NCBI GenBank assembly: GCA_009927195.1
Contig: RFNL01000372.1
Coordinates: 9,785 to 73,784, forward strand
Direction: 5' to 3'
Length of the DNA stretch: 64,000 nt
From: Betaproteobacteria bacterium
Lineage (GTDB): Bacteria > Pseudomonadota > Gammaproteobacteria > Burkholderiales > Burkholderiaceae_C
The notes under the pieces were generated by a model. That model searched no databases. It was not told the DNA's origin and worked only from the letters and a program-made list of their open reading frames with translations. Shown in pieces: positions 58,764 to 64,000 of the stretch (positions are counted from its first letter, which is position 1; each line of letters starts with the position of its first letter). The translations under genes were made by a program, and so were the position numbers.

Positions 58764-58785
58764 CGTCTAAAACAGGAGGAGTTTT

Positions 58786-60036
58786 ATGAATACCCCGATC
58801 AACGTTTCACAAGCTCAAACACGGCGCAGCCTTCAGGGACAGGTCAAGTGGGGAAACCGTGTGGTGACCTTGGGGGGCAATGCACCCATACGCGTCCAAT
58901 CAATGACAAATACCGATACGGTGGATGTGATTGGCACTGCCATACAAGTGAAAGAGTTGGCCCTGGCCGGCTCGGAATTGGTGCGCATCACGGTCAATAC
59001 CCCGGACGCAGCCAAAGCCGTTGCACCCATTCGGGAACAACTTGACCGCATGGGTGTGGATGTCCCTTTGATTGGTGACTTTCATTACAACGGTCATCGC
59101 TTGCTGTCCGATTACCCCGAATGTGCACAAGCCTTGTCCAAATACCGCATCAATCCAGGGAATGTGGGAAAAGGTGATAAGCATGATATGCAGTTCACCC
59201 AAATGATTGAAGTCGCACTGCGTTGGGACAAGCCAGTTCGCATAGGCGTCAATTGGGGCAGTTTGGACCAAGAATTGTTGGCCAAGCTGATGGATGAGAA
59301 CGCTCTTCGCAGCGAGCCTTGGGATGCCAAGCAAGTCATGTACGAGGCGTTGATCACATCCGCCCTGGATTCAGCCCAATTGGCCCAAAACCTGGGCATG
59401 CCCCCTGAACAAATCATGCTCAGTTGCAAAGTATCTGGCGTTCAGGATTTGATTTCTGTTTACCGAGAATTGTCCAAGCGCTCTGTGCATCCACTGCATT
59501 TGGGATTGACAGAGGCGGGTATGGGCACCAAGGGCACAGTGGCTTCGGCCACATCAATGGGGATTCTTTTGCAAGAAGGCATTGGCGACACCATACGTGT
59601 TTCTTTGACACCCCAACCCGGCGAATCGCGAACCCAGGAAGTGGTGATCGCGTCCGAGATATTGCAATCTTTGGGATTGCGCACATTTGTACCCAGCGTA
59701 ACCGCTTGCCCAGGATGTGGCCGAACCACCAGTACCACATTCCAAGAATTGGCCAAGCAAATTGATGATTATTTGCGCACCCAAATGCCGGTTTGGCGGA
59801 CCAAATATCCAGGTGTTGAGCACATGAAAGTGGCGGTCATGGGATGCATTGTCAATGGCCCCGGCGAAAGCAAGCATGCCAATATTGGCATCAGTCTGCC
59901 CGGTACCGGCGAAGCACCCGCTGCCCCTGTGTTCATCGACGGGGAGAAGGTTCAGACCCTGCGAGGCCATCAAATTGCGACAGATTTCCAAAAAATTGTC
60001 GAACAATATATTGAAGAAAAATACAGCACCGTGTAA
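58786..60036 (+). CDS. ispG: (E)-4-hydroxy-3-methylbut-2-enyl-diphosphate synthase
   Basis: [60 protein letters not shown]. Confidence 0.98.
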   Translation: MNTPINVSQAQTRRSLQGQVKWGNRVVTLGGNAPIRVQSMTNTDTVDVIGTAIQVKELALAGSELVRITVNTPDAAKAVAPIREQLDRMGVDVPLIGDFHYNGHRLLSDYPECAQALSKYRINPGNVGKGDKHDMQFTQMIEVALRWDKPVRIGVNWGSLDQELLAKLMDENALRSEPWDAKQVMYEALITSALDSAQLAQNLGMPPEQIMLSCKVSGVQDLISVYRELSKRSVHPLHLGLTEAGMGTKGTVASATSMGILLQEGIGDTIRVSLTPQPGESRTQEVVIASEILQSLGLRTFVPSVTACPGCGRTTSTTFQELAKQIDDYLRTQMPVWRTKYPGVEHMKVAVMGCIVNGPGESKHANIGISLPGTGEAPAAPVFIDGEKVQTLRGHQIATDFQKIVEQYIEEKYSTV

Positions 60037-60058
60037 GCAGTGCCAGGAAAGCAACCAA

Positions 60059-61351
60059 ATGGCTGAGAAAATTTCCGCAGTCAAAGGCATGAACGATGTG
60101 TTGCCACCCCACTCTGGCGATTGGGAGTGGCTGGAATCCATGGTGCGCCAATTGATGTTTCGCCATGGATATAAAAACATTCGCACGCCGATCGTCGAAC
60201 CCACTGGGCTTTTTATTCGCGGCTTGGGCGAGGTCACAGATATTGTTGAAAAGGAAATGTATTCTTTCTCCGATCGGCTCAATGGTGAAGAATTGACCTT
60301 GAGACCGGAAAATACAGCTGGGGTGGTTCGCGCATGCATTGAACACAGTCTTTTGCATGAAGGCGGCAAAAGACTCTATTACATGGGCCCCATGTTTCGC
60401 CATGAAAGGCCACAACGCGGGCGCTATCGTCAGTTCCATCAAATTGGCGCTGAGGCCCTGGGATTCGGTGGGCCTGAAGTGGATGCGGAAATCATCCTTC
60501 TGGCCGAATCTTTATGGAAAGCATTGGGCCTTCAAGGCGTGCGCTTGGAAGTCAACAGCCTGGGGCAATTGAACGAGCGCCATGCCCATCGGGCTGCACT
60601 GATCACTTATTTGGAAAAACACCACACACAATTGGATGCCGATGCAAAGCGACGCTTGCACTCCAACCCGCTTCGAATTTTGGATACCAAAAATCCAGAT
60701 TTACAAGATTTGGTCAATGACGCGCCGCAATTGGTGGATTTCTTGGGAACAGCATCGCTTGATCATTTCAACCGATTGCGTGAAATATTGGATGCCTGCC
60801 AGATCAGCTACCGCATCAACCCAAGACTGGTTCGTGGCATGGATTATTACAACCTGACTGTGTTCGAATTCATCACAGACAGTTTGGGATCACAAGGCAC
60901 CATATGTGGCGGTGGTCGTTACGATGGTTTGTTTGAGGAATTGGGTGGCAAGCCAGCTCCAGCCATTGGTTGGGCCATGGGTGTTGAGAGAGTGATTGAA
61001 CTCCTGAGAGATCAGGATAGATTGCCTTCGCAAGCGCATCCAGACATTTACGCGATTGTCGGTGACTCCAAAGATTTGCCCCAGGTTTTTCCTTTTTTAC
61101 AAACGCTCAGGGGTGCTGGTTTGAGTGTACAAATGCATGCCAGCCCCCGATCTGAGTGGAGCGGGATTAAAGCGCAGTTCAAGAAAGCAGATGCCTCGGG
61201 TGCCACCTATGCCCTCATTTTTGGACCCGATGAACTGAAACAAGGCATGGTGGCTTGCAAACCTTTGCGCAATGACCAGCAGGCACAGGGGATGATGGCT
61301 TTGGCTGATTTGGCCCAATGGGCGGGCCACCTACAATCTGCACCACGATAG
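60059..61351 (+). CDS. hisS: Histidine--tRNA ligase
   Basis: [52 protein letters not shown]. Confidence 0.98.
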   Translation: MAEKISAVKGMNDVLPPHSGDWEWLESMVRQLMFRHGYKNIRTPIVEPTGLFIRGLGEVTDIVEKEMYSFSDRLNGEELTLRPENTAGVVRACIEHSLLHEGGKRLYYMGPMFRHERPQRGRYRQFHQIGAEALGFGGPEVDAEIILLAESLWKALGLQGVRLEVNSLGQLNERHAHRAALITYLEKHHTQLDADAKRRLHSNPLRILDTKNPDLQDLVNDAPQLVDFLGTASLDHFNRLREILDACQISYRINPRLVRGMDYYNLTVFEFITDSLGSQGTICGGGRYDGLFEELGGKPAPAIGWAMGVERVIELLRDQDRLPSQAHPDIYAIVGDSKDLPQVFPFLQTLRGAGLSVQMHASPRSEWSGIKAQFKKADASGATYALIFGPDELKQGMVACKPLRNDQQAQGMMALADLAQWAGHLQSAPR

Positions 61352-61358
61352 GAAAATC

Positions 61359-62024
61359 ATGGCCACGAATCTGGATTTGGAAGAACAAGAACAGCTTGAT
61401 CAACTCAAGCACTTTTGGAACCAGTGGGGCAATGCCATCAGTTCCTGTTTGGCGGTGATTGCCTTGGCTTATCTGGCCTATACCGGCTGGAACTACTGGC
61501 AAAGGCATCAAGCCTCGCAGGCAACGATTTTGTTTGATACGTTTGAGCGTGCTCAGAAAGCGGCCGATATGGTTTTGATGGAACGCGCTGTGGCAGACAT
61601 CAAAGACAAGTTCGGGCGCACCGTGTATGCCAGTCAAGCTGCGTTGATCTTGGCTCAAGCGCTGTTGGAAAAAGATCGTATGGACGACGCGCAAATTCAA
61701 CTGCAATGGGTCATCGATCATGGGTTTGACTCTGGCTACCAAATCATTGCCAGGTTGAGACTATCTGCTTTATGGATTGATAAAAAACAATATGCCGCCG
61801 CGCGACAACTGTTATCGCTGACGGCTCCAACAGCCTATCGATCTTTGGTACAGGACCGATTGGGTGATTTGTCTTTCCTGGAAGGTCAACATTCCGCTGC
61901 CATTGCCCTCTACCAAAGTGCTTGGGGTGCCATGGATCCACGCGCTGAATACAGGAGGTTGCTGGAAATCAAATTGGCCTCCTTGGGCGTGACCCCTGAA
62001 GTGCAAACAAAAGAAACGCCGTGA
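61359..62024 (+). CDS. yfgM: YfgM family TPR membrane protein
   Basis: DLEEQEQLDQLKHFW..WG, TM, ARLRL, D..GD; between hisS and bamB. Confidence 0.92.
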   Translation: MATNLDLEEQEQLDQLKHFWNQWGNAISSCLAVIALAYLAYTGWNYWQRHQASQATILFDTFERAQKAADMVLMERAVADIKDKFGRTVYASQAALILAQALLEKDRMDDAQIQLQWVIDHGFDSGYQIIARLRLSALWIDKKQYAAARQLLSLTAPTAYRSLVQDRLGDLSFLEGQHSAAIALYQSAWGAMDPRAEYRRLLEIKLASLGVTPEVQTKETP

Positions 62025-63181
62025 TCATGGCGGATCGGGCAATCTCTCATTGCTTATCAACTGGCTGGTCCAAGTTGATTTGCACAGGCGTTCTGTTTGG
62101 ATTGGCCGCTTGTGGTTCACCACCCAAACCCAAGCCCCAGGAGTTGGGATCAATTCCCAATAATTTGCCACTTCAAACCATCTGGTCCTATGCGGCAGGC
62201 TCGATTGACATGCCCTTGGCCATCAGTGTTCATCCCAAAGCATTGGGTTTGGCCAATGCAAAAGGTGATGTTTGGGCCTTAGATCCATCCTCAGGACGCG
62301 AGCTATGGCGTACAAGGGTGGGACCGTTGAGCGCTGGTGTGGGCGGTGATGGGCATTTTTTTGCAGTAATGGGTCTGCAAAGCGAATTGATCGTCCTCAA
62401 AGACGGCAAGGAAATTTGGCGCAAACCCATGACCGCCCAATCTTTCACGCCGCCGCTGGTGGCTGGTGGTCGTGTTTTTGTACTCAGCGCCGATCGCAGC
62501 ATTTGGGCTTTCGATGCCCAAAGTGGACGGGTTTTATGGAGTCAGGCCCGACCGGGCGAACCACTGGTTTTGCGTCAAATGGGGGTTTTATTGCCTGTGG
62601 GTGACACCTTGGTGGCTGGTCAAGGGGGGCGCTTGGTTGGATTGCAACCCTTGTCAGGCGCTGTGCTCTGGGAAGTTGCCATCGGAACATCTCGCGGTAC
62701 CAACGACATGGAGCGTTTGGTCGATCTGGTCGGTCCTGCCAGCAGGTTTGGCACTGTGGTTTGTGCGCGGGCGTTTCAGGCGCAAATTGGTTGCGTCGAT
62801 ACCCGCAACGCCAGCGCGCTTTGGAGCCGACGTTCGGTGGGGGACCAGGGTTTATCGGGCAATGAACAAATGCTTGTTTCTACCGATGGCAACGGTGTCT
62901 TGGTTGCATCCAACCGACTCAACGGTGAAAAGGTCTGGGAGTCGGATCGGCTGCGTTATCGACAATTGACCGCCCCATTGGTGTCTGGTCAGTACACCGC
63001 AGTGGGTGACAGCGGGGGGCAACTTTATTTTTTCGCTCAAAAAGATGGCAGTTTGGTCCACCGTGCCGTCAGTGATGGCAGCGGTTGGGCCACCAACCCT
63101 ATAACCTCCCAAGACCATATCATTACCGTCACCCGCAAGGGACTGGTCCAAGCCTGGAAGATCTCCTCGGGCCAATCATGA
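62024..63181 (+). CDS. bamB: Outer membrane assembly lipoprotein BamB
   Basis: Lipobox LAAC, PQQ-type propeller repeats (SG..LW), RGTND.ERLVD; between yfgM and der. Confidence 0.94.
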   Translation: MMADRAISHCLSTGWSKLICTGVLFGLAACGSPPKPKPQELGSIPNNLPLQTIWSYAAGSIDMPLAISVHPKALGLANAKGDVWALDPSSGRELWRTRVGPLSAGVGGDGHFFAVMGLQSELIVLKDGKEIWRKPMTAQSFTPPLVAGGRVFVLSADRSIWAFDAQSGRVLWSQARPGEPLVLRQMGVLLPVGDTLVAGQGGRLVGLQPLSGAVLWEVAIGTSRGTNDMERLVDLVGPASRFGTVVCARAFQAQIGCVDTRNASALWSRRSVGDQGLSGNEQMLVSTDGNGVLVASNRLNGEKVWESDRLRYRQLTAPLVSGQYTAVGDSGGQLYFFAQKDGSLVHRAVSDGSGWATNPITSQDHIITVTRKGLVQAWKISSGQS

Positions 63182-64000
63182 AACCTGTTCTGGCGCTGGT
63201 GGGAAGACCCAATGTGGGCAAGTCAACGCTGTTTAATCGTCTGACCCAGTCACGAGATGCCATCGTGGCTGATTTTCCCGGTTTGACCCGTGACCGCCAC
63301 TATGGGCAAGGCAAACAAGGACCTTATGAATTCATAGCGATTGATACCGGGGGTTTTGAACCGGACGCCTCCAATGGCATCTACAAAGAAATGGCCAAGC
63401 AAACCCAACAAGCGGTGGCGGAGGCCGATGTGGTTCTTTTTGTGGTCGATGCGCGCAATGGTTTGAATGCACAAGACCATGACATTGCCAATTTCTTGCG
63501 CAAACTCGGCAAACCTTGTGTGTTGGCCGCCAATAAGGCGGAGGGCATGCAACAAGGTCTGCAGTTGGCGGAGTTTTACGAACTCGGACTGGGGGAAGTG
63601 CATCCTGTCTCAGCGGCTCACGGGCAAGGTGTCCGCAGTCTGGTCGAAACCGCATTAATGCCATTGTTCGTCTCTGGACAATTCACCGATGAAAGCAATG
63701 AGACCGCCCCTGAAGGGACCATCAAATTGGCGGTGGCTGGACGACCGAATGTGGGAAAGTCCACCTTGATCAATACATGGTTGGGTGAGGAGCGCTTGGT
63801 GGCTTTTGATTTGCCGGGCACCACCCGGGACGCCATCAGTGTTCCCTTTGAAAGAGGCGGGCAACGGTATGAACTGATAGATACCGCAGGATTGAGGCGC
63901 AAAGGCAAAGTCTTTGAGGCCATTGAAAAATTTTCGGTAGTCAAGACCTTGCAAGCCATCGAGTCGGCCCACGTGGTGTTGTTGCTATTGGATGCAACCC
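63178..64000 (+). CDS. der: Ribosome biogenesis GTPase Der/EngA, 3'-truncated by the window edge (absent from the ORF track)
   Basis: ATG 63178: [44 protein letters not shown]; second G-domain [18 protein letters not shown] in frame at 63721, then DTAG; no stop seen before the window end. Confidence 0.97.
   Translation, partial: MKPVLALVGRPNVGKSTLFNRLTQSRDAIVADFPGLTRDRHYGQGKQGPYEFIAIDTGGFEPDASNGIYKEMAKQTQQAVAEADVVLFVVDARNGLNAQDHDIANFLRKLGKPCVLAANKAEGMQQGLQLAEFYELGLGEVHPVSAAHGQGVRSLVETALMPLFVSGQFTDESNETAPEGTIKLAVAGRPNVGKSTLINTWLGEERLVAFDLPGTTRDAISVPFERGGQRYELIDTAGLRRKGKVFEAIEKFSVVKTLQAIESAHVVLLLLDAT

Noticed and set aside
1-64000. CRISPR arrays, tRNA/rRNA genes, IS elements, integrases, prophage
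   Set aside because: No regularly spaced repeats, cloverleafs, transposase or integrase motifs were seen; phage-like genes are explained by the T6SS. Reading by eye could miss short degenerate elements.

Overview
A gene-dense window from a betaproteobacterium, probably Comamonadaceae. This is inferred from the sucA RNA motif, the aat-bpt-iclR block and the bamD/rluD-scpB-rluB-ndk-rlmN-pilW-rodZ-ispG-hisS-yfgM-bamB-der synteny. Very short or overlapping intergenic spaces suggest a compact genome, possibly a Limnohabitans-like freshwater lineage. 1-19.3 kb: a type VI secretion cluster cut by the window edge inside tssC (tssC-hcp-tssEFGH-vgrG-MORN-repeat gene-DUF4280 PAAR-like-small membrane protein-tssJKLM-tssA), followed by an H-NS gene and a bidirectional terminator. 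19.9-25.6 kb: a neighbourhood rich in protein-modifying enzymes (PglL-like O-OTase, Aat, Bpt, a Tgl-like transglutaminase), plus a hemerythrin and IclR. 25.6-38.6 kb: enoyl-CoA hydratase and a Rieske oxygenase converge on a 12-gene minus-strand run, made of a form II CoxSLM-type molybdenum hydroxylase cluster followed by a PheC/Pu1068-like binding protein, a lone permease, a creatininase-family enzyme, a GST and an AhpD-like protein. 38.8-43 kb: a 47-aa basic protein missing from the ORF track, quinone oxidoreductase, two bactofilins flanking a DUF4337-like gene, a methyltransferase and an isochorismatase with degenerate catalytic residues. 43.3-64 kb: core genes (sucA RNA motif, sucAB-lpdA, zapE, dinG/yoaA, bamD, rluD, scpB, rluB, ndk, rlmN, pilW, rodZ, ispG, hisS, yfgM, bamB, partial der). 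I recognised no rRNA, tRNA, CRISPR array, transposase or integrase. All calls come from motif recognition by eye; no database search was run.
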